Source: Phoronis australis
Taxonomy: Eukaryota; Animalia; Phoronida
DNA: 64,000 bases
Assembly: GCA_002633005.1 (NCBI GenBank)
Contig: NMRA01000068.1
Location: forward strand, 160,453 to 224,452
Reading direction: 5' to 3'
Shown here: positions 13,501 to 28,500 of the stretch, piece by piece
Layout: the number at the start of each line of letters is the position of its first letter
Position numbering within the stretch: the first letter of the stretch is position 1
Position numbers and translations under genes: made by a program
The notes under the pieces: model-generated
What the model saw: only the letters and a program-made list of their open reading frames with translations
What the model was told of the DNA's origin: nothing
Databases searched by the model: none

Positions 13501-16500
13501 TTTATATCAAATCCGATTTTTTTTACGCGGAAATATAATACAATACGCGGACAGAACATTTGAAAAAAGCGGAAATCCGCGTTTCCGCAGAAAATTCCAA
13601 GCCTTGAGTACTGCCAACCTCAGCGTCTATAAATTTACTGTATCAAATAAACACCTACTGGTAAATTGCTGATTGTATATATTATTAATTGTCCAAATCT
13701 TGTGTGAAAAAGATGAAAAGCCGCTCATGGGATGCATGACATAACAGCTGGCTGTAAACAGCAATTACACAGATATCGGCTCCTCAGTAGCTCAGTGGTA
13801 AGAGCACTAGACCAGCAGTCTAGAGACCTTTGGTTCAATTCCCAGTTGGGGTTCCTTATTTTTCTGTGTTTATTTGATATATTTCAGTACTGGCCAACAT
13901 CAGCATCTATATATTTACACAACTACATCAATAGACTAGACACAAAATATCTAAGAATGTCTTGCTGGTGAGCCAACTCCTTGGTCTGTGGAAGTTAGTC
14001 TGTCATGTACATGACTCCTTTCATTTAAGCCTGTTTAATCCTTCATTAAACTACTTAAAAGGTAGCGCGTAACTGGTAAATTCCACTGAGGTAATTTTTT
14101 ATTCAACCATTAAAATGGTTAAGTATTTCAAAATATTCAAATGAAATTACATTTTTATCTTAATACTATATTCTCAGGATTCAATGACAAAATGGACTAG
14201 AATTATCTGTTGTTTCTCTTAATCTACCTTTTTCTTGATTTCTTTCTTTCTGCGTCTGGAACCATGTCCTCTGCATCTGACCACTTTCTTCTTTCTGATT
14301 ATTTAATAGGTTTTGGGCCCTGTTAATTTGTAACTCGGACACGCGCATTTCTTTCTCTTCTTTCTCCATCTGCAGGACTTCCTTTACATCCTTCTCAAGT
14401 TGACTGATTTTGTCACGGAACTTGATGATAACTTCTGAAAACAGTGTAAGCTGTATCATTTAACACTGATTTTGTCACGTAATGATTAGTTCTGAAGACA
14501 GTGCAAGCTTTATGACTAACACTGATTTTGTAATGAAACTTGATTACCTCTGAAGAAAATGCAAGCTGTATGACTAAACATCAAGTTCGTACACTAATAA
14601 TGTTAAAATATTATCATGGTCGTGAACGAAAACAGTCAAATACAACGACCAGTTCTTAAAATTATGCAGGACCCAAGAAAAATGGCCAACTTTGGCTAAC
14701 TTCAGAACATCATATCTCAGAAATGGCTGTTCCGGTTCATGTTAAACTTTCACTGTTCTCTCCAAAATGCTATTAGAAGTTGTCTTTAAAATATTCCATT
14801 TTTCCACGAGGGGCTATCAAAAATAGGACTTCAATGATTTACACAAAAAATCAAGTATCACATAACAAAATGATTACTTAGAAAGCTGAAACAGCATTTT
14901 TGAGATTTCATCTTGAACATTTGCATCTAATGAAACTTAATCGTGGAGATACCCAGACATATCCTCATGTTTTCTTTGCTTGTGAGGTATGCAAGGAGGA
15001 GAGGGTACAGCTCTTCCAGGCACTCGAACAATACCCCAATGTTTATAAAAAATACTCTGAAATTCCGCAATTGTACAACAAAATTAATTTCTTTCTACAT
15101 GGATGTCAAGAACTTAACTCAAACGAAAATATGGTTTTATTTGAAATAGTATCAGAATTTCTTTATAACATTAAATCTCTTTGTGTGAGTGGATAGAATT
15201 TTATACATCTATATGAAAATAAATTATTTTCATTCGTTGTCATATATCATTGTAATCTTAACATCAGTTTTTTTATTTATGTATTTGTATATAATCATTG
15301 TATATAGACTTCTTTGTATTTTTTTACCCAGATCTAATGCCTCTTGGCGCTTTCTGGGTTATGTATATTCATTGTATTCTGAAGATTTCGTAATAAACAT
15401 TAAAAAAAACTTCAAGCGATAAGCTGACACCAGTAATCCATGTTATGAACTGCTGAACAGACTGCGTGCGAAACCGATGACGTCATTGGATAATTTCAAC
15501 ACCTCCGTCTGCCGTCAGGTGTCAGGTAACGCAACCGTACGTGTCGTTTTGGAATAGAACTACTCGTTCTAAATTGATACAACATAGGTTGTTTTTGGGT
15601 GGCATGCTCCTTTAACTGAAATGAACTTTTGATATCTGTTGTTATTTATGAGTTCTACCTTTCGTCACTGACATTTTTATAGCTCGTGTAAACTACCACA
15701 CCATCACTAAAGATCAAAAACTAAACAATAAATTGTCATCACTTTTACAACATTTTTCTTAAAGTAGATCCCTTTATAAACAAGAACACTCATACATCAG
15801 TTTTACAGTTAACTACACACTGAATTTCAAAAATTGATTACGCAAAAATTCTCTAGTTTTGGGCAGTGAATAATTATTTTGATCAAAGTAGGAGCTTTTC
15901 CCAATTTTTAGAAATTCACACAGTTGTCTGTCAGAAATTCAATTGGAATGATAACAATTTATTAAATGTTTGTCATGCGAGTCACTTTTTATGAACTTAC
16001 AGGAGTATTCTTGCAACCTGGTATGCTACAACATAGCGTTAGGAATTTGAGAAGTAAGAAAATATACAAATTACTCAGACCACAAACTTCAGGATGAAAA
16101 AAAAATAAATTTAGGAGACTGTCTCAGTCTGGAGAATTTTAAAGTAATATATCACCGATCTAATTGCTATCATCAACTCTGTCACATTTGCTAAAAATAA
16201 ATGTTAGGTAAAAATAATTACAAGCTATAAATGTGAGCCACCACAAAAATGTTCAAACATACACCATTGCCAGCATGATGACGAATACACGCAGCAGACA
16301 ATAGCCTCTGTATGGCACGTGTTTGAGGGTTTTTGGCAAACATCTACATTTATCCCATACATTATGGTTACAGAGAAGTCATTCTTAGAGCAATATGAAG
16401 TGAATGACCCACAGAAGTGGTAGCCCATGTAGACTATTTTCCACTTCTTTCACAATTTTCCAAAGAAGCGGCTGGTAATCCAGGTCCCTCATGGGAAATA

Positions 16501-19500
16501 TAAGCACACATTTTTCTGAAGTCTTCCAAAGATCATCCAAAGATGTACTGATTTTAAACAACAGTTTCCGATCAAGTTGCTTAGTTGAGTCTTTAGAAAC
16601 GTTTGGCAGGAAAGGGTTGAATTGTTGATAATTCTCAGATACTGAATACCCATGGTCAAATAACTCGGGCTTAAAATTTAGCAATCTCTTTGCTCCTGTT
16701 GGCGTCCTAGAAACAGATGTTGAATCAATTAGTACAGGTTTCTGTCGATCTTCAGACTGAGCAATGAGAATGCTGACATCCCATTCTTGCGGATTTCTGC
16801 AGCTGTGTGTCCAGCAAATCATTGTTAAATTGAATGTAAACGAGTTCAAAAAAATCCAAGTAACTCTGCTTTAATGCAGCTTTTTAAACTTTGTGTGCGT
16901 GGGAGTCGGAGTACAAGAGTTTGCCACATAAAATGCATGTCTTTGACTTCGCGATTTTCAGTGGACTATTATAGTTCACCATCTGAAATTAAATATACGT
17001 AAATAGCAAAGGCTNTTCGTGGAGACAGTTTGAGATTCATAGATCTTTATAATTGAAAAAATGTTCATTGAAATTATAGACACATGGTGAACAGAGACAC
17101 CTGGTGGCTGCCAAAAGTATTGCTCACAGGCTTCTTTAGTTTTTGACAATATTGGACAAGACAACTAGTTCCTGTCTGTCAATCATCCAAGTTCTTAACA
17201 GGACGGTCCTCCTGGAGGCAATTTGTTTGCAAGTGTTAGATTTTATATTTTAACCTATTAAAATAATTTAAAAAATTATGGGTCATGGGTTGGAGAAATA
17301 AATGAAAAATATGGGCGGTGGGTAAGAAATAAAAGTGCCTTCCCCCCCCCTCCCATACAGATTTTGCTGGAACAGCCCTAATTCTTTTTATGGTGGCGAC
17401 AGGACTTTTATCATTCCCCTTGACCACAAGTCATAAAATGAGGGACATAGTGGTCAACATGCACATGCAAGGTATCAGCAATGGAACATAAATTAACAGG
17501 TGTGCACCACCATATTAAACAATTACCAAGTACCAAAACCGGCAAACTAAAGACCCTTCTACATCAACTGTCAGATATTTTTGATACAACATCAAGAATC
17601 ATGTATTCTTAACAACTCAAAGGTATCTTGGTCTTGACAATTGCTTACACAAGATTCTACAAAGCTCTAAAATGAAAAAGCTCTCCAAGTCAAGCTGTCC
17701 TTGTATTAAAATTGACTGCAATCTTTTATTGATTATAATTTAAACAAAGTGACTGGTGCAGGTGTAAAGTGCGCTGCCAGTGTTAAGTTATCTCATTCCC
17801 CCAAAACATGCGACTGACCTGGGTTTGAGACAAGTTTCCGTGAAGTTCACCGACTCTAATCCCGAGTAGTCCTAATAAGATGTGCAGCCTGTGAGCTTGT
17901 ACTTTAGTCTGAATAAAGATCATGCACTTTGACTGGAATGTGCGGCTTACCAAAGCTGAAAATTTGAAAAATCGAATGGTTATATCTGCGACAGACTATT
18001 AGAATCGAATCCATTTCCGTTGTTGTATCTGTTAGAAATTAGACAATTGTTATAAAAAAATATTTGCAGGAATCCATCATGGCTGCTACTGGCAGTAAGA
18101 AGGGGAAAGTAGAGAGATAATGATAAGTCGCATTTAGACATTAACTTTTGGCACGGCGCAACTGACACGGAGTAATATTGATCAGTGTCAAGCGTTCGTT
18201 TACACACATACTCACTAACTGTGGCAAGACGGAAATTGTAGGCTGGAGAGAGGGCTACACATGCGCAGGTTTATGAATGACAGGAGTTGAAGAGACAGAG
18301 AACCTGCATTTAGGTCATTACACAAGCACAGTAGAGATGATCCTTTCCACCTTGCCCCAGTTTCGTGTTTAGACACATAATTGACACGGAGCTAGATGTT
18401 CTAGCGCAAATTGCTCTACCTCACAAACGGGTGGCAAAAGTTGTCACCGCGGTGTCAATTTGCTCCAGTTCAGTCCCGTTTACACACATACTTGTGCTAG
18501 AACAACTCGTTTCGTGTCAGCTGATCCGTGTCAACTTTTGTAACTGTAAACGGCACTATAGGTGGAGTAGAGCTACAGACAATGGGACTGGAGGAGACAC
18601 TACACTGTCTAATTGCTGTATTCAAGAGAGCATCAGCAGCACAAGTATACACAAGTTGTTAGTGGGTAGTTGCAGAACTAAGGATCAACACAAGTAATTA
18701 TACACAGGTTGTTACTGGGTAGTGGCAGAACTAAGGACCAACACAAGTATTCACAGGTTGTTAGTGGGTAGTGGCAGAACTAAGGACCAACACAAGTATA
18801 CACTGGTTGTTACTGGGTAGTGGCAGAACTAAGGATCAACACAAGTATACACAGGTTGTTACTGGGTAGTGGCAGAGCTAAGGAGCAACACAAGTATACA
18901 CAGGTTATTACTGAGTAGTGGCAGAACTAAGGACCAACATAAGTATACACAGGTTGTTAGTGGGTAGTGGCAGAACTAAGGATCAACACAAGTATACACT
19001 GGTTGTTAGTGGGTAGTGGCAGAACTAAGGACCAACAGAAGTATACACAGGTTGTTACTAGGTAGTGGCAGAACTAAGGATCAACACAAGTATACACAGG
19101 TTATTACTGAGTAGTAGCAGAACTAAAGACCAACATAAGTATACACAGGTTGTTACTGAGTAGTGGCAGAACTAAGGACCAACACAAGTATACACAGGTT
19201 GTTAGTGGGTAGCGACAGAACTAAGGACCAACACAAGTATACACTGATTGTTAGTGGGTACCGACAGAACTTAGGACCAACACAAGTATACAGTATAAAA
19301 AGGTTGTTAGTGGGTAGTGGCAGAACTAAGGACCAACACAAAATAAGACTGATAAAAAATTGACTGAAGAAAAATTGGATAAATATTGCCATATAATCCA
19401 GGTGCGAATGAGATTATTTCTGACTGGTCATCAAAGCAATAACAAATAACCAACAGCAGAAGAACGCGGACATTCTCTAGACCTGACACATGATTAGGGC

Positions 19501-22500
19501 TACCTACAGGTACTCAATTACAGGTAAATAATGACAGTAATTATGAAAATACAGTAAAATACTAATAGTACCAGTTTTCTTATCAGCTCTGAATTGTTAA
19601 ACAAGGCTAAATGAAGTAAGTTTAAGAAATCCCATCATCATGTAGTACAGCCCATTTCGAGACCAATAGCGGGTCCCACGGTATGTACACAAACGGCACT
19701 AGAATTTCTTACATGATGTCTTGAAATAAGTGTTTCTCCAGTTAGATGAATGTCCAAATCAGTTAGGCAGATTACCAAATCAGGTGAAGACAAAACTAAG
19801 ATATAGTTCACTACAATATCTACTACCTCCAGTGTACAGGGTGCAGCTAGCACCTTTGCATGATATAAAGTTAACAAAAGCGATAATCTATACCTGCAAT
19901 GATTGCTTCTCTGTCTCCCTCTCTGGTGCTGCGGATACGTACAAACTCCTGGCGCAGATTAGATGCTACGTCAGTGTTCTCATTCACAAACATCTTCACA
20001 GGATTGTTCAGTGATACCGAGGCAAGATCTTTCACCTGTGTGTACATGAAGTAGTGTGAGACAGGTACATTCACACCCAGGGCCCTCAATTTTGAGGCCA
20101 AATATGAGCTCTATTCCCTTTTCAAAAAATATTTAAAAATCATGCAAAATTCCCCTCATCCTCTCATGAGGCCCAAAATTTCCCTCAAGGTTCGACTAAC
20201 ACAGGCGACAATTTGAAACAGCACAAAATGTGTAGTTATGGCTACTTGAGGCAGAGCCTATGAGGGCTAGTGAAAGGGGAGGGCTAATGAAAGGGGAGGG
20301 CTAGTGATGCTGACCACTGAATAGAATTTTCCCCTCATCCCAAAATTCCCTCTCAGAAGGCACAGGCACTTTCTCGTCAAGTGAACGAGAGCCCTGACAT
20401 CATGCCAGCACCAGTATACGTCAAAAGGACCACACAGGCTGCTTGTTTAACAAGACCGACATGGAGCACATAAGAAGGAAAAAAACAAGAAGCAACATTT
20501 ACAGTGAGATGATTACAAAACAGAGTAGAGAAGACGCAGCTTTTCCATAAAGTAATTACGTGTAGTGTGTCTTCAGTTGCAACATGCTACATAACGATGC
20601 TACAAGGGGTCTATATATTAGCACAAACACCACCAGTGCTTACGAGGGTACTGTGATGATTCTGATAATATAAAAGGAATGGCTTTTCATACTTGTCACT
20701 CCAGGATTAAATCCCTAGAGAATACTTTTCCAAGCTTAGCGCAACCCTTAAATGACCTGAACAGATAACTGAAACATTGACATTCAGTCAACTTAATTTT
20801 TCCAAATTAAGGACTTGGTTTACTGTTTTTATTAGGAATACTTTACCGATTCGCTCATGGTTGCTGAAAATAACATCGTCTGACGCGTGCGTGAACATAA
20901 ACGGATGACTTCTTTCATCTGTTCGGCAAAGTATTCATCGAGCATTCTGTAAATTTAATATGTGAATCTCAGCATCGTGTCCAATGTGGTTTAATTCTTA
21001 CGTGTTTTCAGAGTCATAATGGGGTCTAGTCAATAATTTTTTTCATATGTTAAACAATTAGTGCCTGGAGGGCTTCAGAGATGTTGTGCTGGATTGAAAG
21101 GTATTGCTTTTTGATACACATTAAAACCGCATTATAACCAGGGCAAATGACTGTACTTCTCAAAAAATTCACAGTACCACACAAGCTCATCCCACTGACA
21201 TACATTACATATTGATTACTACAGTATTTCAGTGCAATGAAAATTGCATTTGACCAGTATTTACCCAATATACCACATGTTAAAATGCTTGAATCAGCTC
21301 AACTTGTAGCACAATAATGAATGCAGTAAGCAAACACATAACCCAAGATAACATACACATGCCAAACCTCTCAAGTGGAGTGTTGAACACAGAAACTTCA
21401 AATGAGTTTCAATGAAAGAGAATATACAAAATCAAACTTGACAACCCCCCCCCCTCCATGATTCATTGACTAGCCTACCTGTCAGCCTCATCAAGAATCA
21501 GTATCTCTATACTGTGAAGGTTGAAACTTGGAGAATTGTGCACGTGGTCAATAAGACGTCCAGGAGTTGCTATGACAACATCAGGACCAAGTCGAAGTGC
21601 AGCCTCTTGTGTCTTCAGGTCAAGGCCACCTGGTAGTTAAAACAACAAAGTAAGAGGTGTGAAGCTAAGTTTTTCAGATAACTTTCCACTGCAGATGCCA
21701 GAAAATAAACAATAGTAAGAGACAAGACTTGAGAGAAATTTTACAAGGAATACGCCTGTTAAGCATATAGGTGCTCAGTAAAAAAACATTTTACCTGCAA
21801 TTAGGGAATGAGTTAATCATTTTTGGAGCACAACAAGAACCTTAAATTCAAAACATTATCAAAAAGTAAATGTTATGCAATTACTTCAAAAACAAACATT
21901 GAACTGCACCCATGGCTGCACCACAAATGGTATGCTTCTTGGGTTGTTTACTACTATCACAAAAATGGCCATCAGATGGCGCAGAATACGGTAACGGCAA
22001 TATGCACTCAGTGGTCTATGTGAGCACCTAAAATTAAATCAGTGTAATACCTGCAGAGAGTGAAATTTCGATGTTTGTGAACTGAGCAAGCTGCTGTGAA
22101 ACTTGGAAGACCTGGACAGCCAACTCTCTGGTAGGAACAAGCACCAACACACGGGTGACGGGCGCTGACTTGGGCTTGTACAGTAGACGTTCTAACACAG
22201 GTAACATGAAGGCAGCCGTCTTACCTGAAACAGAGTGCAATATTGTAGACTCTTGGTCTCATCCATCCATAAACACAATACAATAATCATAACATTATCT
22301 TGATTCAACTGTTCGGACAGTCATTTTAAAGCAAGATCACAGCGCACGCGCGTGCGCACACTCACACACATACGTACAACCTCGGCCAATCACAGCACAC
22401 GCACAATACCCTACCTCAGCCAATCACAGCCCATGCAAAATATTCTATCTCAGCCAGTCATAGCAAACACACAAACAATGCACTACCTCAGCCAATCACA

Positions 22501-25500
22501 ACACTCACACAATATCCCACGTCAGCCAATCAATGTACACTCGCAACAATGCTTCCCCTGGGTTTTGAAAGGAGCGTGGTGGTGAATGGCCAAAACCGGG
22601 TGCAAAGCCCATTGCTGCACGCGAATATGAGAAGTGGGATCCACCTATAGTCTGGGTTTTGAAAGGAGTGTGGTGGTGAATGCTCTACGCAGATCTGAAA
22701 CCCGTGGGTGGCGTCACTTGCGAGCATGGAGATCCTCCCATCGGGGGGGGAGGGTTGGGAGACATTCCCCAGGCAAAATTTGAAAATTAGATGTAATTGG
22801 GTGAAGTTTGCTCATCATAGACAAGACCTTACTTAACCCGACCATCATATAGTGGAAATATCTGGGTAAAGGACACTTCGCAAGACAAATTGGCAATGAA
22901 GTGTCCGGCATAGTGTGATCTCTGTAACAATTCAGTACAAAAAACAGTGTTAAAATTCAATTATCCACTAAGTGACAAACATAGAACAAAAAATATGTGA
23001 ACTTTGTAGACGTAATAAACTAATTCGTGTTACGAAACTTACGTTGATATCGTCTTGCTAAACATAAACATGGGTGGCGCAGCACCGAAAAAAGTGGGGG
23101 GCTATAGCCCCCTAGCCCCCTATGGTGCGCCGCCCATGATAAATCAGTGACCGGGATTGGTGTTGCCCGGCGTAGCAGACGATGTATAACCCAGTCCATG
23201 CAGACGAATCTGAGACTGGATAACATTCAATATCATCATTTTGGCGCAGGGCTATGGTTGATTAAACAGTTGGATGTCACGCCCTGCAGTATAATTCACA
23301 ATGTCTTTTGTATACTCGGACACGATAAAATGAATGAAGCAGAAATCATACTGTTCCTTACTTCATTAGCGAGCCCTGGCGCTTTCCCATTTTAGAAAAT
23401 TCGTATCGAGGTCATTGCCTGGTCACCGGCTGTATTAATTTTATATGCATTGTCGGATAACCAGGCAGAAACGAGGTACGAAAGGGGATTGGTGATTGAA
23501 AGATTGTGTTTAATGGGGGCACAATTCAAGATCCCATTGTAAAATTATTGTTTTTCCCTTTCGATCCACAACCGGCAAAAGGTGCTGTGCGACTTGAACT
23601 TACTCATTATTACTAGCGATCATTTTTACTTGCAATTCCTTTTACTAGTGATCATTTTACTAGCGATTATTTTTACTAGCGGTCATTTTTACTAGCGATC
23701 ATTTATACTAGCGATTTTTGCATGGCAGAAGTTTCCCCTGACACAATTAGGTGTGTGGCGGTCAATTTGAGTACAATTTACGAGTGGCGGGGCCAAAAAG
23801 GAGCGTGGCGGGCCGTCCAGAACTTTACACGCAGGGGAAACCCTGCACAATACCCTACCTCATCTAATCACAGCACTCACACACAACACACTACCACAGC
23901 CAATCACAACAGTGTTCTCCACATCTGAAAATCTAAACAGGTCGCACGCGTAAAAACTGCAACGTGCCGGAACCGCGCGGTGGTCAACTTCTCCATAAGC
24001 TAGTGTGCAGCTTTTTGTGCACCTTATTTTTACCCACGCATTTTAAAAGTAATGCACAGTAGTGCAAACAAATAACTGTGTTTATTCAAATTTTTATTTG
24101 TAAAAGATAGCCTTATTTACAAACACGTCACATATGTCATAACCCAGTTGCTTAGTCAATGACTTTGAAATGGAAGTCTACAGACGTGTTTGATACAGTA
24201 TGGAGGTTTTAGGCTACTCAATAATTGTGATGTCAATGTCAACTACGTACAAAAAGTCTAACACCGAAGTAAACTTTTCCCATGAAGTAAACAGTCCAAG
24301 TGAAGTGTCTTTGCAAAGTCAGTCACATTTTTATATCTTGATAGCAGAGTCTACGTTTTCCCTCGGTCTGTAAATGTAATGTCACAGCATTCTTATAGTC
24401 TGAATTCGATGTTCTGAAGCTGGTACAACATACTGAACTTCTGCACTACCAGAACTCTTGTAAAAACTGCTCAATATGCGAGTCCTCCCTTATGAATGCA
24501 AATTAGGTAGGGTAAACAAAACAATTCACATGCGTTTTCCATTTACTTGGACGGGAGTGTTAGGCCTGTTGATGACAACCAATATTTCTAAAAAGATATC
24601 AACTGAATTATTAAACGCTTGCAACTACGGAATTCCCATACTTTTCAGGATTGTCACAAACTCATTTTTCCAGATGAAAACCATCTATTCTCAAGTTTCG
24701 TTGACCGAACCTGGCAATATCACCACCATCCGGCCCTGGATTATCTGTCGTATCTGCATCTGAGTCAACGTCAGTATCTGAAACATCTCTCGTTTTTTTA
24801 AAATAATCCTTAGGTTTAGCGGTGCTTCGCTTTCGCGCGGCAGACGACATTTCTAATTATGTAGAATGCGCATGTCACTCAATAACGGAAGCCAGGATAG
24901 AATTCACTAACGTAACGACCATGCTAGGTAAACAAGACTGCGAGATTACGCAAGATATTACCGCTTGATTTCGATGAGATCGCATGATTTTGGCTGCAAT
25001 TTCTCAGCCTGAGACACATATATTTTGAACTTTACTCAGTGACATCACCCGCTGTCCCAAATCTCGGAATACTCCCCCGAAAGCGCAAACGTCACGCACG
25101 GCTACTATTGAGTTTGCAAATGGCTTGGCAGATTTTTAGAGGGAGTATGAACCACAAATATAATATATAAGGCAACGAGATGAACTCTGTCACTCTCAAT
25201 GGGCCGGTGGCACCAAAAGTAACCAATAATATTCATCTAAGTGAGAAATACGCAAACAACAACCAATGAGAGCCACCAAAAGCAGTTTCATGCAAATGCT
25301 TTTGAGACTGGTATCGGTAAAGTCTGTGCCGTGGGGCCCACGGAAAATTGAAAAATGTGCTACGAAAACCAAAATTCTGGCCTCCCAGAAGACGGACGTT
25401 GCATAAACTGCTCCGCAACTGTGTCTTTGCTGACAACATATACTTCACAGAATTAACTACCAAGCCTTAGTTATTTTCAATGGGTAATATGATCAGTTGT

Positions 25501-28500
25501 CCACCGAACACAAAAAGCGAATAGGCCTAAGGCAACGAACAGCGACTTTCGTGCACCTCCAGTGAGCAGGTAGTGGATTAGGCGTACAGGTAGCACAGGG
25601 CCTTTGTTTAAATTGACTAGTTGTTCGAGATGAATTGAAAAGGTAATTGAGAGATTATTTACATGCCGCGTTACACCATAAATAGACTAGAGGCCTGGTC
25701 TGCCGCTTGAGTGGGACTGGTGATTAGGCTGTCCACAACTGACCACCTCCTTAACCTTTATTCAGTTTCGCTAGGCTATGACCAGTTGCTGTCAAGCGTA
25801 ATTTGAACCAGTGAAGACCTTATTAACGAAGACGGCGCCTTTTTTACAAACTAGTCCCTATATTTTTAAACTGGTCACGGGATTTTTAAACAGGACGCTG
25901 AATTTTTAAACAGGACGCGGGACATTTAAACAGGACGCGTGCTCGGCCAAACAGGACGCTGCGACACATTAAAAGTGGTTGTGGAGAACACAGCACAATA
26001 CCCTACCTGAGCCAGTCACAGCACAAGCACATATATCTTTAGCCAGAAGTGCAACAGGAACACAGGCTGCCTGGATGGGAGTTGGAGCATCAAATTTCAT
26101 GGCGCTCAAGGCCTGAAAGACAGATTTAAGGTTTAGAACCAACACTGAATGGAAACACTACTAAAACAAACATGAACATTTAAGTCAAGCTCATATCGTA
26201 TCAGTGCAACAACGGTAAGAAAACATCTAACTATCTGAAGTGGTTACCATGCCTTGCAAGATACTTGCCATGCTTACAAGACAGACAAGTCAAGTTTCAC
26301 TGGTTTATTAGTTTTGCTTTCTATATTACAATGAACATGCACGCTTGGCATACGCAATATCAAGAATAGTAACATAGACGCAGTCAAAGCAGGCCTTAAA
26401 AACTTGCTGATGTGTCAAACTACGCGGCACAAATGACGCTCAAAATCTCGCCTCAAGCTCAACTTGACAGAATCACACAAATGCAGGCTCAGGGTAGATG
26501 CAGCCATTCAAAAGCCACTGACATGCAAATTTTTATTCAGAGCGACACTAGGACTATACATGTACCAGTGCAATGAGTTACACAAACGAGACAATAGATG
26601 TCGTACTGTTAGACTATCCTTTCATATTTGTCTACTGAGAATTGGAAACAAGGAAGAAAACAACAAACTTATATTGTAAAACACACACAAATCACCTCAA
26701 ACCATGTAGCAACAGTAACAATTTAACGTTATGAACTCGCATAAAAAGTAATGAACCCATTTCTAAAACTGAGCCAGCAGGTTTATTGCCCCTTTAACAA
26801 CAAGTTGTTCAAGCCTGCCAATAAATACCCCAACAATTTCTACACGCCGGCATAACAGAATCTTCCTTGTGGCTGACACAAAAACCACAGTTGTCACTTT
26901 ACGAAACCATATAGTAGAACAACCAGTCGTGTGAAGTAGGTTTGTAAGACTAACAGTATTTGGGCATAAAATGAGGTAAAAGTAAAGGTCGCGTGTTCAC
27001 CTTTTTGTTTAGTAAAACGTCTGTACAATAAGAACCAACTAAGCCAATTGTTGAATTGCATCCACGGTATGCTTATAGAGGTGTTTGTTAGTATCAAGGA
27101 CTGGCCACCAGATGGCACAGAATATGTCGAACCCGTCTGAAATGGGCTGACCTTGTCGTCTCCCTCACTAAAACCTATTTGCCACATTTCACATATATGT
27201 GGGGGCATAAAAAGTAAAGATTTCAACTAAGCCATCAGCTCCTTTTAGCAGCAAAGAATAAGCACCTACGATATTAGGCCAACTGAACACGATGTTAACA
27301 GGCGAAAAACCACAGTGGTTTCCAGAATCAATTTTGCCGTTGAAAACTTGCGTACACATAAAAATTAGCTATCAAGTGATGTATATTGTATAATCTGAAT
27401 GTATTATGTTGACGTCAGCTTCATAGCTGAGATTACCTTCAACAAGGGCCTTGATAAATTCATGTCCTGAAAGCCCATGTTTTCATCATATGATGAGATG
27501 TCTTCAGAGAAGGTCACCTTTTCTGCCGGTATGTTCTGCAGAAGAGCAATATAAAGCATTCATGAAATTAACAACACTGTATGTCTACATAGCTATATCA
27601 TCTGAACCATAGAATGTAATGAGTGAAATGCTAAAAATTGGATCACCAGAAGAGCGCTGAGCAGGGTTCCAACTTTTTTTGGTGGCCACTTTTTAAGAGC
27701 CCAAATTCAGAAACATGAGTGCAGATATGCCGTCATTTGTATTTTCGAACAGAATTTTCGCCCGTGATGAGTGTTGCTTAATAATCACACAATTGACATG
27801 AAAACGAAAATTACTATTCAACAAGGGCTACATATCTGAAATTGACGAATACCGCAGATTTTTTCAGTTGTAGTAAAAGTAGAATTTATTTACCAAGATT
27901 AAGTCAATTGTACTTAATTTAGATATTTCGTTTAGCTAGATCTAGTCCACTGTCACTAAAGTAAACTAATTTTGGGGTAAAAATGCTCAATCTGAAATAA
28001 ATTCCAGGAACCTGATATTCAAAAGGAACATTGAGATTTGAACATATGACCTTCCACTCCCAAATGCAGAACCCTAAACCACTGCACAATGGCTGTCACA
28101 AGAACGTAGATAATATGTCATTGTTACATCAGGCCTTGTGTTCACCACTTTATAGTCATTTAAGACAACTTATGATATCATTCAATGAAATAAAGTTTGA
28201 GCACTTTCAGGTCAATTACACTAATAATTTAATGAAATGAAAAAGAATCACTTTCAAGTCAATTACAAGTCATTTTATTATCCAATAAAATGTTCTCATT
28301 TTCAAGTAAATAAATTAATAACTTAAAGGTGAACCATGGTCTGGTGTCAAAACATAAGACTTTCTAAAAAGCCAGTTAGCTCTTCTAAATCAGCTTCATC
28401 GCTTTTGTTTGAACTGATGTAGGTAAAAATGTATCACCTGGAATTCCCCTGATGGCCATAATCCATCATTACTAACGACTTAATGAGGTCTTGTCTGAAG

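Noticed and set aside
13778-13852. Possible tRNA gene
   Set aside because: Acceptor stem does not pair well and the sequence continues into a body shared by nearby copies: a SINE head.
16385-16849. 154-aa minus-strand ORF as the missing DDX27 exons
   Set aside because: No helicase motif V/VI similarity; possibly a retroelement remnant, but I cannot assign it.
18640-19341. Regular repeat array resembling CRISPR
   Set aside because: Head-to-tail 49-bp units with no unique spacers, in a eukaryotic intron, with no cas genes: a minisatellite.
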